This document shows positions 5,435 through 16,332 of a stretch of 26,651 nt of DNA, piece by piece. Each line of letters begins with the position of its first letter. The stretch's first letter is position 1. The stretch spans positions 1 to 26,651 of the IMG/VR virus record IMGVR_UViG_3300030433_001618, one strand, 5' to 3'. The notes beneath the pieces are model-generated. The model was not told the origin of the DNA. It searched no databases and saw only the letters and a list, made by a program, of their open reading frames with translations. The position numbers were made by a program, and so were the translations under genes. Origin of the DNA: a virus. Its lineage: Duplodnaviria > Caudoviricetes.

Positions 5435-7551
5435 TGACCTCGCTCATCAAAATAGAAGGATACGATGAGCTGGCTATTAAGATTTGCCCCAAGGGTACGG
5501 AGGGTCAAGTTATCGAGCTTGGTGGGCTACTCATTGTTCTTCCCGATCAGCCGCCCGAAGAGGAGATTCTCGGATATGGCCTCGACGACTCTGTGCAGAT
5601 GTGGGAGCGGACACCTATGCCTGAGGAATTGTCTAGGATTAAGTCTATGGATGAGTGGCTCGAAATGCCGAGAGAGTTCAGACAGAAGTTTTCTCCGTAT
5701 ATCGAAGAGGAGTTTCGCCGTCGGCGTGACGGCGTTTGGTTTTTCAATAATGGTGAGCCTACATATATTACGGGGCGTCACTACATGATGCTCCAATGGA
5801 CTAAGCTAGATATAGGTTATCCAAATTTCTTATCTTTCCAGCGTGACATATTTGTTCACATGGCTGCGTGCGAGATTGACTCGCGCTGTATTGGACAGCT
5901 ATATACTAAATGTCGTCGTTCTGGATACACTAATATCTGCGCTTCAGTCTTGGTCGATGAAGCTACGCAGGTTAAGGACAAACTCCTCGGTATCCAGTCG
6001 AAGACGGGCAAAGACGCCCAAGAAAACATATTTATGAAGAAGGTGGTCCAGATGTTTCGGGCCTACCCCTTCTTCTTCAAACCTATTCAAGATGGTACCA
6101 CTAACCCACGCATGGAGCTGGCTTTTCGCGAGCCGAGTAAGAGAATCACGAAGAACAATAAGACTTCGCAGAAGGGCGAGGCTCTTAATACGGTAATCAA
6201 CTGGAAGAACACAACGAACAATGCCTACGACGGGGAGAAGGTTCATATACTATATTTGGACGAGGCAGGGAAATGGGAAAAACCAACAGACATAAGAGAC
6301 GCCTGGAGGATTCAGAGGACGTGTTTGATCGTCGGGCGAAGAATCGTAGGAAAGGCCCTAGTCGGAAGCACGGTAAATCCGATGGACAAGGGTGGAAAGG
6401 AGTACAAGGAGCTATGGGCGGACTCGAATCCTTTAGAGAGGAATGCGAATGGGAGGACTAGAAGTGGACTTTATCGCTTGTTTATCCCTGCTTACGAGTC
6501 ACTCGAAGGCTTTTTTGACGAGTACGGACGTCCAGTCATTGAAGATCCTAGTTCGGTTATCTCTGGTATTGATGGCGATGACATTTATCTCGGAGCTAAG
6601 ACGTACCTCAAAAACGAAAGGGCGGGACTGAAAGACGACCCCCCTGAACTCAACGAGGTTACAAGGCAGTTCCCCTTTACCACAGACGAGGCTTTCCGCG
6701 ATAGCATTGACGGGAGCGTGTTCAACATCGGTAAGATCTATCAGCAGATAGAGTACAACGACGACCTTTTCCCCAACCCTGTTGTACAGGGAAACTTTAT
6801 GTGGGAGAACGGCGAACGGGATACTAATGTCATTTTTTCTCCAGACGTAAACGGAAGGTTTTTTGTGAGCTGGATGCCTCCTGAAGAGAGCAGAAACGTC
6901 AAGTCTACCGAGAAGGGTAAGCGTGTTCCTCCGTTCCCAGACCTTGGAGTTGGCGGCGTTGACTCGTATGACCTTGACGAAACCGTGGATGGCAGGGGGT
7001 CTAAGGGTGCTATGCACCTGTACAATAAGTTCAACATGAACGGGGCCTCCAACATGTTTGTTGTGGAGTATGCCTCCAGACCCGACATGGCCAGAATCTT
7101 CTACGAGGATTGCCTTATGGCAGCAGTGTTTTACGGGTACCCTTTGTTAATTGAAAACAACAAGTACGGCATTGCAAGATACTTTGAGTCAAGGGGTTAC
7201 GACGGATACTTAATGGACAGGCCTCGACACCTGTTTGCTGGCAGCTCAAAGACAGTAAAGACCAAGGGACTGCCATCCAACTCTGCCGACATCATTCAGG
7301 CTCACGCTCAGGCTATTGAGTCTTACATACACAAGCATGTGGGAATCAACTACGAGTCTGGGGAAAACGGAAGGATGTATTTTAACAGAACGCTCGAAGA
7401 TTGGATTGGTTTTAAGATCAACAATAGAACGAAGTTTGACTTGACAATCAGTTCTGGATTAGCTCTTTTGGCTGCTCAGAAAGCTCCCCCTAAGAAGCAA
7501 ACGGATCTGTCTAATAAGCAGTTTTTTAGGAGATTTAAGTTCAACGCCTAA
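5434..7551 (+). CDS. terL: Terminase large subunit (705 aa)
   Basis: YITGRHY, Walker A-like KCRRSGYT, Walker B ILYLDEAGKW, coupling motif GSTVN, nuclease GVDSYD, IENNK and FDLTISSG; directly upstream of the portal. Confidence 0.93.
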   Translation: MTSLIKIEGYDELAIKICPKGTEGQVIELGGLLIVLPDQPPEEEILGYGLDDSVQMWERTPMPEELSRIKSMDEWLEMPREFRQKFSPYIEEEFRRRRDGVWFFNNGEPTYITGRHYMMLQWTKLDIGYPNFLSFQRDIFVHMAACEIDSRCIGQLYTKCRRSGYTNICASVLVDEATQVKDKLLGIQSKTGKDAQENIFMKKVVQMFRAYPFFFKPIQDGTTNPRMELAFREPSKRITKNNKTSQKGEALNTVINWKNTTNNAYDGEKVHILYLDEAGKWEKPTDIRDAWRIQRTCLIVGRRIVGKALVGSTVNPMDKGGKEYKELWADSNPLERNANGRTRSGLYRLFIPAYESLEGFFDEYGRPVIEDPSSVISGIDGDDIYLGAKTYLKNERAGLKDDPPELNEVTRQFPFTTDEAFRDSIDGSVFNIGKIYQQIEYNDDLFPNPVVQGNFMWENGERDTNVIFSPDVNGRFFVSWMPPEESRNVKSTEKGKRVPPFPDLGVGGVDSYDLDETVDGRGSKGAMHLYNKFNMNGASNMFVVEYASRPDMARIFYEDCLMAAVFYGYPLLIENNKYGIARYFESRGYDGYLMDRPRHLFAGSSKTVKTKGLPSNSADIIQAHAQAIESYIHKHVGINYESGENGRMYFNRTLEDWIGFKINNRTKFDLTISSGLALLAAQKAPPKKQTDLSNKQFFRRFKFNA

Positions 7552-7556
7552 ATGAC

Positions 7557-7565
7557 TATATTTGC
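7557..7565 (+). promoter_or_regulatory. -7 promoter element TATATTTGC upstream of the portal
   Basis: Intergenic TAnnTTTG match. Confidence 0.75.
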
Positions 7566-7587
7566 AGGAAAGTAGATTCTGCAGATA

Positions 7588-10038
7588 ATGTATGGTAGCA
7601 ACGCAAGTAACAAGTTCGGGTTCCCCGATCAGCTCGCTCCTGTGGCCGAAAAGGAGACCAAGGAATATGGTCTAAAGTACGCTAAGGCGATTGATGCTCA
7701 GTGGGGAAGGATTTCCGAGAGGGGAAGCCTATTTAGAAAAAGGTATGAGCAGTTTGAAAAAAACAGATCATACGCCAACGGTACCCAGGACACTACTATA
7801 TACAAGAAAATCCTTACGAACCTTGATCCCAACTCAAACGACGGGACTCTGCTCAACTTGGATTTCTCTCCAGTTCCTGTCCTGCCGAAGTTTGTCAGGG
7901 TAGTAGCTAACAAGATTCTTTCTCTCAACCCGTATCCAAACCTAGAAGCGATTGATCCCATCTCAAGCACTGAGAGGGACAAGATGAGAGAAGAGCTCTT
8001 GTTTGACATGGACCACAAGGAAGAGCTATCTCAGCTTAAGGAGGACACGGGTGAAGATATTTCCTCGGTCCCCGTCGATCAGCTCCCCGAAACATCAGAG
8101 GAGGCAGAGATCTACATGGCCAACAACCTCAAGACGGCTGCAGAGATTGCTGCTCAGATGGCAACAAACCTCACTCTTGAGTGGAACGACTTCAACGACT
8201 CTACGTACAGACGCGCTGTAAACGATTTGGTTACATGCGGTCTAGCCGTGGTGAAGCGAGACAACGACCCATCGTATGGGATTACAACTCGGTATGTAGA
8301 CCCCTCTGCATTTATACACAGCCATACGGAAGACCCAGGACTTAACGACCTGGTGTATGCTGGGGAGATGCGGAAGGTTACGATACAGGAGTTGCGAAAG
8401 TTGGCTGGCGACGAGCTTACCGAAAAGGAGATAAAGAAGATTGCTGAGGTTTCAAAGAGCAAGTACTCTTACGACTCAAAGCACATGCACCAGCATGCTT
8501 ACGACCCGAACAGCGGAAAGAACGCATACGGGTATGACGACTTTGTTGTAGACGTTATGGACTTCGAGTTCATATCCACCGACAAGATCTTTTTCGAGGA
8601 GAAGCAGAATCAGTACGGGAATATAAACCTGTACATGAGAGGTTTCGATAAGGAGCCCAACAGTGTGTTCTCAAAGGACCCGATGTGTATGCACGTAAAC
8701 ACAATTTACGGGGGCATATACGTTGTGGGTTGCAACAAGGTGATTAGATACGGGCGACACGAGAACGTCCCCAAGAACATGTATGACATAAGCAGAGCTA
8801 AGCTTTCTTACTCTGTGGTGGCAACCAACATGCGTCACATGATGCCTAAGTCCATGGTGGACAGCTGCATCAGCTTTGCCGATCAGATACAGCTTACTCA
8901 CCTCAAGATCCAGCAAGCTATCGCCAAGTCAAAGCCAGACGGTTTGATTATTGATATCGAGGCTCTTGAGAATGTACAGCTCGGGAAGGGTGGAGAGCTT
9001 CAGCCACTGGAGCTGCACGACATCTACGAGCAGACAGGTGTATTCTACTACAGAAGCAAGAACCCAGACGGAAGTGCTGGAGCCCCACCGATTAGAGAGA
9101 TTGGCAACAGCATCAGAAACATCAATGAGATGGTTGGCTTGTACAACCACTACATGAAGATGATCCGTGACGTCACGGGAGTTAATGAGGCAATGGATGC
9201 TTCTACACCTAAGGGTGATGCTTTGGTTGGAGTTCAGCAGATTGCAATTCAGTCTGGAAACAACGCCTTGTACGACATTACAAATGCTTCTGCTATACTG
9301 TACAAAAAGGTATGTCAGGATATTGTAAAGTGTCTTCAAGTCATTCACCCAGAAAGCATCCTTTTCTCCATTTACGAGAGGGCTCTTGGCAAGTATAACA
9401 TGCAGACCCTGAATGAGTTTAGAGATCTGCCTATGTACAACTTCGGAGTTGTTGTGGAGAAGGACATGGAGGAGAAGGACAGACAGTTCCTAGAGCAGAA
9501 CATTCAAGTTTCTCTGTCTCAAAAAGAGATTGACCTGGAGGATGCCATGGCTGTTAGACAGCTTAAGGATGTCAATCAGGCAGAAAAAGTTCTTATGGTC
9601 AGGAGAAAGAAGAAGGTTGAGTCTGCTCAAAAAGCCGCTATGCAGCAACAGCAGGCTCAGCAGCAAGCTGCTATGCAGCAGGTTCAGGCTCAAGCTCAGG
9701 CCAAGCAGCAAGAGTATCAGATGATGATTCAGGCTGAGGTGTCTAAGATTGGAACCAAGATGAAGGCAGAGATGCAGCTAGAGCAGATGCGTCACCAGCA
9801 CGAAAAAGAGATTATGGCTATGAAGCTTCAGGTTGCTGAGGCTACACGCCAGGAAGATGTCAAGACTAGAAAAGAGGTTGAGAGAATGAAGGATGACAGA
9901 AAGGACGAGAGAGTTAAGAAGCAGGCTGTCGAACAAAGCAAGCTTATCTCTCAGCGTCAGGGGTCTAGAGGAGAACTAAAAGAAGAGAAAGATCAATTTG
10001 ATCTTGGTCAAGCACTAACAAATCAAGCACTTAAGTAA
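7588..10038 (+). CDS. Portal protein (816 aa)
   Basis: Follows terL; LNLDFSPVPVLPKFV, IRDVTGVNEAMD and a long Q/A-rich helical C-terminus typical of podovirus and crAss-like portal barrels. Confidence 0.88.
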   Translation: MYGSNASNKFGFPDQLAPVAEKETKEYGLKYAKAIDAQWGRISERGSLFRKRYEQFEKNRSYANGTQDTTIYKKILTNLDPNSNDGTLLNLDFSPVPVLPKFVRVVANKILSLNPYPNLEAIDPISSTERDKMREELLFDMDHKEELSQLKEDTGEDISSVPVDQLPETSEEAEIYMANNLKTAAEIAAQMATNLTLEWNDFNDSTYRRAVNDLVTCGLAVVKRDNDPSYGITTRYVDPSAFIHSHTEDPGLNDLVYAGEMRKVTIQELRKLAGDELTEKEIKKIAEVSKSKYSYDSKHMHQHAYDPNSGKNAYGYDDFVVDVMDFEFISTDKIFFEEKQNQYGNINLYMRGFDKEPNSVFSKDPMCMHVNTIYGGIYVVGCNKVIRYGRHENVPKNMYDISRAKLSYSVVATNMRHMMPKSMVDSCISFADQIQLTHLKIQQAIAKSKPDGLIIDIEALENVQLGKGGELQPLELHDIYEQTGVFYYRSKNPDGSAGAPPIREIGNSIRNINEMVGLYNHYMKMIRDVTGVNEAMDASTPKGDALVGVQQIAIQSGNNALYDITNASAILYKKVCQDIVKCLQVIHPESILFSIYERALGKYNMQTLNEFRDLPMYNFGVVVEKDMEEKDRQFLEQNIQVSLSQKEIDLEDAMAVRQLKDVNQAEKVLMVRRKKKVESAQKAAMQQQQAQQQAAMQQVQAQAQAKQQEYQMMIQAEVSKIGTKMKAEMQLEQMRHQHEKEIMAMKLQVAEATRQEDVKTRKEVERMKDDRKDERVKKQAVEQSKLISQRQGSRGELKEEKDQFDLGQALTNQALK

Positions 10039-10391
10039 TGGCTACAGTAAACTTAGATACAGCATCTCGTTTGGATATCGTATGCAGACGAGCAGATACG
10101 TTTAACTTGACCGTAGACTTTGGCGAGGACTTTAGAAATCTCTACGACGCCTCTAACTTCTCTATGGATATTAGAGATACAGACACGGCTGCTGAGGTCA
10201 TCCTTTCTTTGCCTGCTGCTGGAGAGACAAACTTTGTGTGGGACGTTCAGAACCTTACGATTACCATAAGTTCTAATCTCATGAACTTTGACGGGGGTGA
10301 GTACGTCTATGACCTTCAGGCAACAAAGGACGGGGTGGTAAAGACTTTGCTCCATGGTTTTATTACTGTCGTTGAAGATGTCACGGAGTAA
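10038..10391 (+). CDS. Small beta-sandwich virion protein (117 aa)
   Basis: RRADTF...LTITISS...GEYVYDLQ...KTLLHGFITVVEDVT pattern seen in phage Ig-like/BppU-N-like structural proteins; TAATG coupling on both sides. Confidence 0.65.
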   Translation: MATVNLDTASRLDIVCRRADTFNLTVDFGEDFRNLYDASNFSMDIRDTDTAAEVILSLPAAGETNFVWDVQNLTITISSNLMNFDGGEYVYDLQATKDGVVKTLLHGFITVVEDVTE

Positions 10392-11518
10392 TGGCTCAAA
10401 CCATAGTCATACAGCCCAACTCTACCAATACGGTAAAGGTTAATGTATCTGCGGTTCCTGACGTAAAAATTACCCCTCCTGTAAACAAGCCTGTAAAGGT
10501 TTGCTCGAAGGTGGAGTTTAACATCACCAACATTACTGGAGGAGGTGGAGGGACTGATCCTGGAACTCACGATCACGAGATACAGATAGATCAAGATCTT
10601 GATGTGACGAACACAGACACTGCCATAGGGGATGCCCTTGGAGCTTTTTATCCAGCAGGAACTGATATAGAGACGATACTTAGGAATATCCTTATCCCGT
10701 CAGCTGACTCTACGATAAGCAATTACAAGCTCATAGTATCACTGGACGGAATAACTAATACTGAGGTGTCTTCTCAGACTTACGAGTGGGGCACACCCCT
10801 TCGTGTTGTGGGGCACAGGTTTACCCTTAACGATCCAGACGACAAGTTTATTGATTCACAAAACCTGTTTCTTGTTTTCTCAATCTATTCTCCTAGTACC
10901 CTGTCGTTTCCTGTTTCAACCTTTGGTGTAAATGACTGGTCTCAAGTGTCTGCTAATGAAACGATTACGTCTCCATCAGGCGTTCCTTCTATTCAGATAC
11001 CCTACACAGGTTCTACTGGGTTTTCGAAGCAATTCAACAGCCAGCTAAGATTGAATTACGCAGACACCTCAGGCACAGAGCAAGCTACAGCAACTGCGTC
11101 TGTGAGGTTTGCCAAGAAGCACTGGTTAATCTCTTCGGAAATCGACCTGACCTCGGGGTCCTTTACTGGTACGTATAACGACCTGCTTTCGGATTCTTCT
11201 ACAACGATAATGGATAGCGGTCTTACGACTTCGGGTAGCCTCTCTTTGGTTACTGACGCCACAGCATTTTCAACTACTAAGTTTACCTACATCGTCATGC
11301 CGTCTGAGCTTGACATGAACACAACGGATGGCTCTGTAGTGACCACGGGGGTTTTCAATGTGGGCAACGCTTTCATAGAGCACGGGTCTACCCTCTCTTA
11401 CTTCTCTGGGTTTACAGACGCAGAAGCGAACAATGTAGAATACAACGTTAGACTCTTTCAGTCTGACCAAACACAGGCTTATACGTCGGGGATCACCTTG
11501 AATGTGACAGCAACCTGA
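10391..11518 (+). CDS. Putative virion structural/fibre-associated protein (375 aa)
   Basis: S/T/G-rich beta composition; shares motifs with the C-terminal third of 11567-15919. Confidence 0.65.
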   Translation: MAQTIVIQPNSTNTVKVNVSAVPDVKITPPVNKPVKVCSKVEFNITNITGGGGGTDPGTHDHEIQIDQDLDVTNTDTAIGDALGAFYPAGTDIETILRNILIPSADSTISNYKLIVSLDGITNTEVSSQTYEWGTPLRVVGHRFTLNDPDDKFIDSQNLFLVFSIYSPSTLSFPVSTFGVNDWSQVSANETITSPSGVPSIQIPYTGSTGFSKQFNSQLRLNYADTSGTEQATATASVRFAKKHWLISSEIDLTSGSFTGTYNDLLSDSSTTIMDSGLTTSGSLSLVTDATAFSTTKFTYIVMPSELDMNTTDGSVVTTGVFNVGNAFIEHGSTLSYFSGFTDAEANNVEYNVRLFQSDQTQAYTSGITLNVTAT

Positions 11519-11533
11519 CGACCATAAAATTGC

Positions 11534-11542
11534 TATATTTGC
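11534..11542 (+). promoter_or_regulatory. -7 promoter element TATATTTGC
   Basis: Intergenic TAnnTTTG match upstream of the 1450-aa gene. Confidence 0.75.
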
Positions 11543-11566
11543 AGACGAACCAACAACAAAGATAAG

Positions 11567-14500
11567 ATGCCAGATTATATTTACGACGACGGCTCGGGTA
11601 TTAACATAGGATCAAAACTAAAGAACACAAGTTCCCTGTACCCCATCGTTGCTCTTGAGCGCAACCATGCCAGCGGATTGGGTTACTTCACCTCTGTGGG
11701 AAACCCAAACGGGTCAGACACCGATACGAATACGTCTTACACTGACGCGAAAACTTATCTTAGAAACCTTCCTATTGCAAAAAGGACTCTCAACTATGTT
11801 GCTGTCCTTAACAAGGTTGAAGCGGTAGAGGCAACTGGCGGTTTTGCATCCAGCAACGACCCCGCTGTATACGTATACAAGGGCGGTTACACAGACAGCG
11901 AAAACGGTAAGATTGAAGATACCGACTGGCACACCGCATCAAACTGGGTTCAAGTTGGTTCGAGCTCAAGTGCTGGTACGGTAAGTGTCTCTGTCGACGG
12001 AACATCACTCAACAGCGCTGTAGGAACTCTTGATCTCGACCCGACCGCTTTTCAGACTTCTGTAGGCGGTTCATTTACTGACCCCACGGCTACCATCTCG
12101 TTTGGTCTGGCTAATGATGTGGTGCTGAACGCTGGTCAATCATCTTCGTTTAGGCTCGGTGCTCTCGGTTCGGACTTTATCAACAGCGGGACTGGCGCAG
12201 CGTCAGGTATCGAAGCACTTCACACAGGAGATTTCAAGGTTCGTAAGGACAGCGCAAATACTACTATTGCTGGCGGCGTTCTCACCGCAGACACTTCTGT
12301 TACTACGGACGCAGTTGTAGCGGGATCGTCAGTTACTGTAGGCGCCTCAGGAGCTCAAACGGTAATTAGCGCTGGCACGACTACTGGTATCGTAGCCGAT
12401 ATGTCTAGTTCAGTCAAGACGCCTATCCTTGAGGGCAACGGCACTCTCGGCCTTAAGCTTCAGGACTCATCTACGAATCACATAAAACTTGATTTTGGCT
12501 TCCAGGCGGAGCCAGCTAGCTTGACTCAGAACAGCAGCGGAACCAACGCGAGCATCCTTACCAATGCTGATTTGTACATTGCAAACTTAGACGAGGTAGG
12601 GGTACAGAACGCATCATTTGTGCTCGGCCAGGACACTTCTGGCAAAACTGTAAAGCTTCCCTTCGCCCTTGTTCAGGGCACTGGTGGAACAAACATCGAC
12701 GGTGGCTTTGGTATCAGCATTTCGGGTACTGACCCAGCTATTGTATCGGTAGATCAGGGTGTCATTATGACGCTCAACACTGACCAGACCTCAGTGGCTA
12801 TCAAGCGGATGGGCAACATTGTGTTGACGGGTGACGCTGGTCCAAACGAATCTGGCAACTTCAAAGGCCTGACGTTTGAAGATGGGGCTATAGAGAACTT
12901 TGTTGGTGCTGGTCCGACACACACGCTGCAGAATATGCAGACCTTGCTTCGGTTTGATAGCCCAGGCAATGCCGATCACGGAAGGGTTTATCTTGGCAGC
13001 AACTTGCTTTCTTTGTTCTTCCAGAACATTCTTGCGGGGGATGACATTACGAGTGTTCTGTCGAATAACGACATGACTCTCAATGTTGACCCAGTATTCC
13101 TTAGAACGGATCGGGACGACAAGAGTGTAAATAACGTTCGTTCACACAGACTTGGGGCGCACCTCTACACTCAGGGAGAGTACGAGGCCGACCAACTTAT
13201 CAACGCCCCTGACGCCAATTCAGGCTTCTTGAGCAGTTTCTCTGCTGGAAAGGCTCAGGACTCTACAATCATTGAGTGGGTGAGAGAGGGTGGTACGTTT
13301 GTTGGCGACACCCAAGCAGATTATCAGCTCAGAAGAAACGTTGGTACGATGATGAAGGCTGGATTTACAGCTGTAAACTCACCCAATGGCGCTTCAGGAC
13401 TTCAGGCTACTAGATTTAGATTCTCTGCCAAAACAGCTAATACTACTGAGATAACCTCTCAGCAAGAGGAGCTCGGTGGTACTATCACTCTTGGCAACCT
13501 CAACGCAGCGGCCTATCAGTACGATTCTACAAACTCAGACTTTGCGATTCAGATTGGAACTGGTAACACTTCAGATCCTACGAACAGATACAACGAGGTC
13601 TTTATTCCAAACCTTGTTGCGGGTACGCTGACAACAAACGGTCCTAACTACCTCTCTGGTGGTGGAGTCTTCCAGGGCGACTGGAACTTTACGGGTGACG
13701 TTACCATTGGTGGCGATCTGACCGTAGACGGGGCGAACGTCAGTGGCGCTTCTTTGGACTTGGCTGGAACGCTTGTAAACCTCGGTATACCTACGGGTTC
13801 GTTTGGTGGGAATGATAACGACCAGCGCGACATAGGTTTTGCTGGTATATTCAGCTTTAACGACGCAGATACTGACGACGTGGTTGATCCAACGGAGTCA
13901 TTTAAGACTGGATTCTTCAGAGACGCCAGCGCCACTGTGCTTAACAAAGTGTTCTTTGGAAACCCTGGTAACACTGGTAGCGCCCAAAACACCCATAAGC
14001 CGTACAGACTTACCATTACTACGGAAACCCAGCCAGTGTTCACCTCACAACTGATGGGCGATGTGCCTGAGAAAACCTTTAGCACGGCGATAGAGGTTGG
14101 AGGTCTTGCTTTGCAGGGGTACAACACAGGCGAGAGCGATATGAACGCTCACACCCTCAACGGTGCTCAGGGCTTTGTAAACAGAATTACAACGAACATT
14201 AGTGCCGCCTATACTTACGAGTCCAATGCTGCAAACACAGGCAATGACCCGTGGAACGCATGGGATCACACCTCTCTCCCAACAACGAGAGCTGTATACG
14301 ATTTTGTAACGGCTCAGGTTACTGCGGGTACAGGTCTCAGCGTTACGCAAGCCACTTCGTTTGACTACGGTATTTCTACTGGCGAGATTGCAAACGCAGC
14401 CGCAGGCGCCACCTACACTGAGGCTAGTGCTCACGAGATTGTCACCACAGCGGATGACGGAAGTACATTCAACAGAATCTCTCCAGAGGACTTGGGACTG

Positions 14501-15919
14501 GCTATCGGATTTGATGCGGACACCGCAGGCAGACCAACCATTGGCTACATGCCTGGGTCTACCGTGTTGAATCAGGGCACCAGCTTGAGAGCCATTATGG
14601 AGAAGATCCTCACGGACTTTGCAGCCCCTACCATCACTATGGATTCGGGTGCGAGACTCGTAGATTTCGCCGACGGCATTCACAGATATGCAAATGGCAA
14701 TACGCTGTACATTGAAAACGGTTACAACGAGTACGGACAGGATGCTGATGGAGCGACTAGTACTATTGGGGTCTTGGTTACCAACTTCGCCAACGCCAGC
14801 GCCTATAACGCAAGCACCTCGCTTACCAGTGTGTCATTGACCGACTCAGGCAGCAACGACATCCCAGCGCAAAGCGCTGTGGCTCTTGAAGGAACCGATC
14901 CTTCGATGGAGGTTAGCGAAACGCTTAGCGGAACGGGTAACGTAGACAAAACGCACAACCTCAACTTCGACACAGACACAGACAATACCGACTTCAACGG
15001 CATTGGTGACGCAGATGTTTTGGTGCAGCTTGATAGTGGTAAGGCTGAGGGAACCATCAAGTATAATGCCGCTATAACGGCTTTCACTCAGAACGACTAC
15101 TTTGCGGGGGCTTCTAACATTAGCAGCACGCGCACCCACAACGTCAGAAGACGCTCATTCTACTTTGTGTCTGACTTTAACGTCAGAGCTACCGTGGCGG
15201 CGGACGCCACGTTTGATCTTAATGACGGTATCACTGGAAACTTTGCTAGGATTGATGGAGACCTCCAAACTACCGCTACAACGACAGGTCACAGCAACAA
15301 GTTTATGCACTACCTCATCTGTCAGGCTGGTAGCGGAGGAGCTACTCCGCTCGGTAACGCAGATAAGATTGACAACACCGCTGGCACCCCGCTGTCGTTT
15401 ACTAACATCCTCGGATCTAATGCGAGTGGCCAAAACGATACGACGGCAAACAGCAATATCATGATGCGCCACATGACAAACGGCGCCGAGGGAACCCCAA
15501 ACAACGCCAACTTTATTCCGTTTACGGGGTCTGGAACTGGTATGCAGAGCTCTTTCAAGGGTATGCTTGCGGCAAAGAGCGTTTGTGTGGGAACTGCTGA
15601 TCAGGGCGTTAACCAGCAGTGGAAGAGAAACACGCTTTCCACTTCCTCTAACGGGTTCTTGTACAGATGTCTCCCTATTGAGTTTGCTGGTACGGGCCTG
15701 ACCTCGGATTGGTATTCTGCAGGCCACCTGTGGGAGACCATCGTCCTTGGTGGTTCGCTTTTCGAGCTCGTGCTCAACAATGCTGGCAATGCCCCTGCGA
15801 CCTTTGAGTTTACAAATTACTACGGGGAGACAGGCAACTACGTAATCTTTCAGTCGCAACAGGTTCTTGATCAATCTCCTTCGAGCGGTCTGTTTCCTGC
15901 TATCGTTCAGGTGCCTTAA
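11567..15919 (+). CDS. Large fibre/spike-like virion protein (1450 aa)
   Basis: G/T/S/N/A-rich; FTGDVTIGGDLTVDG and DQRDIGF.G...GFFRDAS fibre-type segments; LPTTRAVYDFV motif. Confidence 0.7.
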   Translation: MPDYIYDDGSGINIGSKLKNTSSLYPIVALERNHASGLGYFTSVGNPNGSDTDTNTSYTDAKTYLRNLPIAKRTLNYVAVLNKVEAVEATGGFASSNDPAVYVYKGGYTDSENGKIEDTDWHTASNWVQVGSSSSAGTVSVSVDGTSLNSAVGTLDLDPTAFQTSVGGSFTDPTATISFGLANDVVLNAGQSSSFRLGALGSDFINSGTGAASGIEALHTGDFKVRKDSANTTIAGGVLTADTSVTTDAVVAGSSVTVGASGAQTVISAGTTTGIVADMSSSVKTPILEGNGTLGLKLQDSSTNHIKLDFGFQAEPASLTQNSSGTNASILTNADLYIANLDEVGVQNASFVLGQDTSGKTVKLPFALVQGTGGTNIDGGFGISISGTDPAIVSVDQGVIMTLNTDQTSVAIKRMGNIVLTGDAGPNESGNFKGLTFEDGAIENFVGAGPTHTLQNMQTLLRFDSPGNADHGRVYLGSNLLSLFFQNILAGDDITSVLSNNDMTLNVDPVFLRTDRDDKSVNNVRSHRLGAHLYTQGEYEADQLINAPDANSGFLSSFSAGKAQDSTIIEWVREGGTFVGDTQADYQLRRNVGTMMKAGFTAVNSPNGASGLQATRFRFSAKTANTTEITSQQEELGGTITLGNLNAAAYQYDSTNSDFAIQIGTGNTSDPTNRYNEVFIPNLVAGTLTTNGPNYLSGGGVFQGDWNFTGDVTIGGDLTVDGANVSGASLDLAGTLVNLGIPTGSFGGNDNDQRDIGFAGIFSFNDADTDDVVDPTESFKTGFFRDASATVLNKVFFGNPGNTGSAQNTHKPYRLTITTETQPVFTSQLMGDVPEKTFSTAIEVGGLALQGYNTGESDMNAHTLNGAQGFVNRITTNISAAYTYESNAANTGNDPWNAWDHTSLPTTRAVYDFVTAQVTAGTGLSVTQATSFDYGISTGEIANAAAGATYTEASAHEIVTTADDGSTFNRISPEDLGLAIGFDADTAGRPTIGYMPGSTVLNQGTSLRAIMEKILTDFAAPTITMDSGARLVDFADGIHRYANGNTLYIENGYNEYGQDADGATSTIGVLVTNFANASAYNASTSLTSVSLTDSGSNDIPAQSAVALEGTDPSMEVSETLSGTGNVDKTHNLNFDTDTDNTDFNGIGDADVLVQLDSGKAEGTIKYNAAITAFTQNDYFAGASNISSTRTHNVRRRSFYFVSDFNVRATVAADATFDLNDGITGNFARIDGDLQTTATTTGHSNKFMHYLICQAGSGGATPLGNADKIDNTAGTPLSFTNILGSNASGQNDTTANSNIMMRHMTNGAEGTPNNANFIPFTGSGTGMQSSFKGMLAAKSVCVGTADQGVNQQWKRNTLSTSSNGFLYRCLPIEFAGTGLTSDWYSAGHLWETIVLGGSLFELVLNNAGNAPATFEFTNYYGETGNYVIFQSQQVLDQSPSSGLFPAIVQVP

Positions 15920-15934
15920 TAGAGGTTTCTGTCC

Positions 15935-15943
15935 TATATTTGC
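15935..15943 (+). promoter_or_regulatory. -7 promoter element TATATTTGC
   Basis: Intergenic TAnnTTTG match. Confidence 0.75.
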
Positions 15944-15969
15944 ATCAGTAAAACTTTAATTCATTTCTT

Positions 15970-16332
15970 ATGAAAGTATCTTTGAAACAATGCCTGAACA
16001 TTCAGGCAGGACTCGTTGCTCTGTCTGAGAGCAAAATGTTGGACCTCAAGAATGCCTTTGTGGTAGCGCAAAACATGAGAACTCTTGAGCCTGTTATCGA
16101 AAGCTTCAACTCTGTCCGCGAGGACTTCGTTGCTAAGCTTAGAGAAAAGGCTGATGAGAACGATGAGGTTGCTACCGAGGAGGTAGAGAAAGTCAACAAA
16201 GCCATCAACGAGGCCCTTGAAGAGAAGCATAACCTTGGTCTTAAAACATTGAACCTTAGCTCTATGCAAGAGATTGATGTACCTGCAAAAGTCATCTCTC
16301 AGATTCTTGATATTGCGGAATACAACGGCTAA
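15970..16332 (+). CDS. Helical hypothetical protein (120 aa), DUF1617-like; possible fibre assembly chaperone
   Basis: AFVVAQNMRTLEPVIESFNSVREDFV pattern and position between two fibre genes. Confidence 0.55.
   Translation: MKVSLKQCLNIQAGLVALSESKMLDLKNAFVVAQNMRTLEPVIESFNSVREDFVAKLREKADENDEVATEEVEKVNKAINEALEEKHNLGLKTLNLSSMQEIDVPAKVISQILDIAEYNG

Noticed and set aside
6251-6258. TATATTTG inside terL as a promoter
   Set aside because: It encodes the L-Y-L just before the Walker B DE, is followed by G rather than C, and has no downstream gene start; probably a coding coincidence.
5434-7551. Intein or intron in terL, or stop-codon reassignment as in some crAss-like phages
   Set aside because: The ORF is continuous with motifs in normal order and no intein signature; all large genes are intact in the standard code and neither tRNA is a suppressor.
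9631-9720. CAG/GCT-rich repeat in the portal gene
   Set aside because: Low-complexity Q/A helical coding sequence typical of portal barrels, not a DNA-level element.
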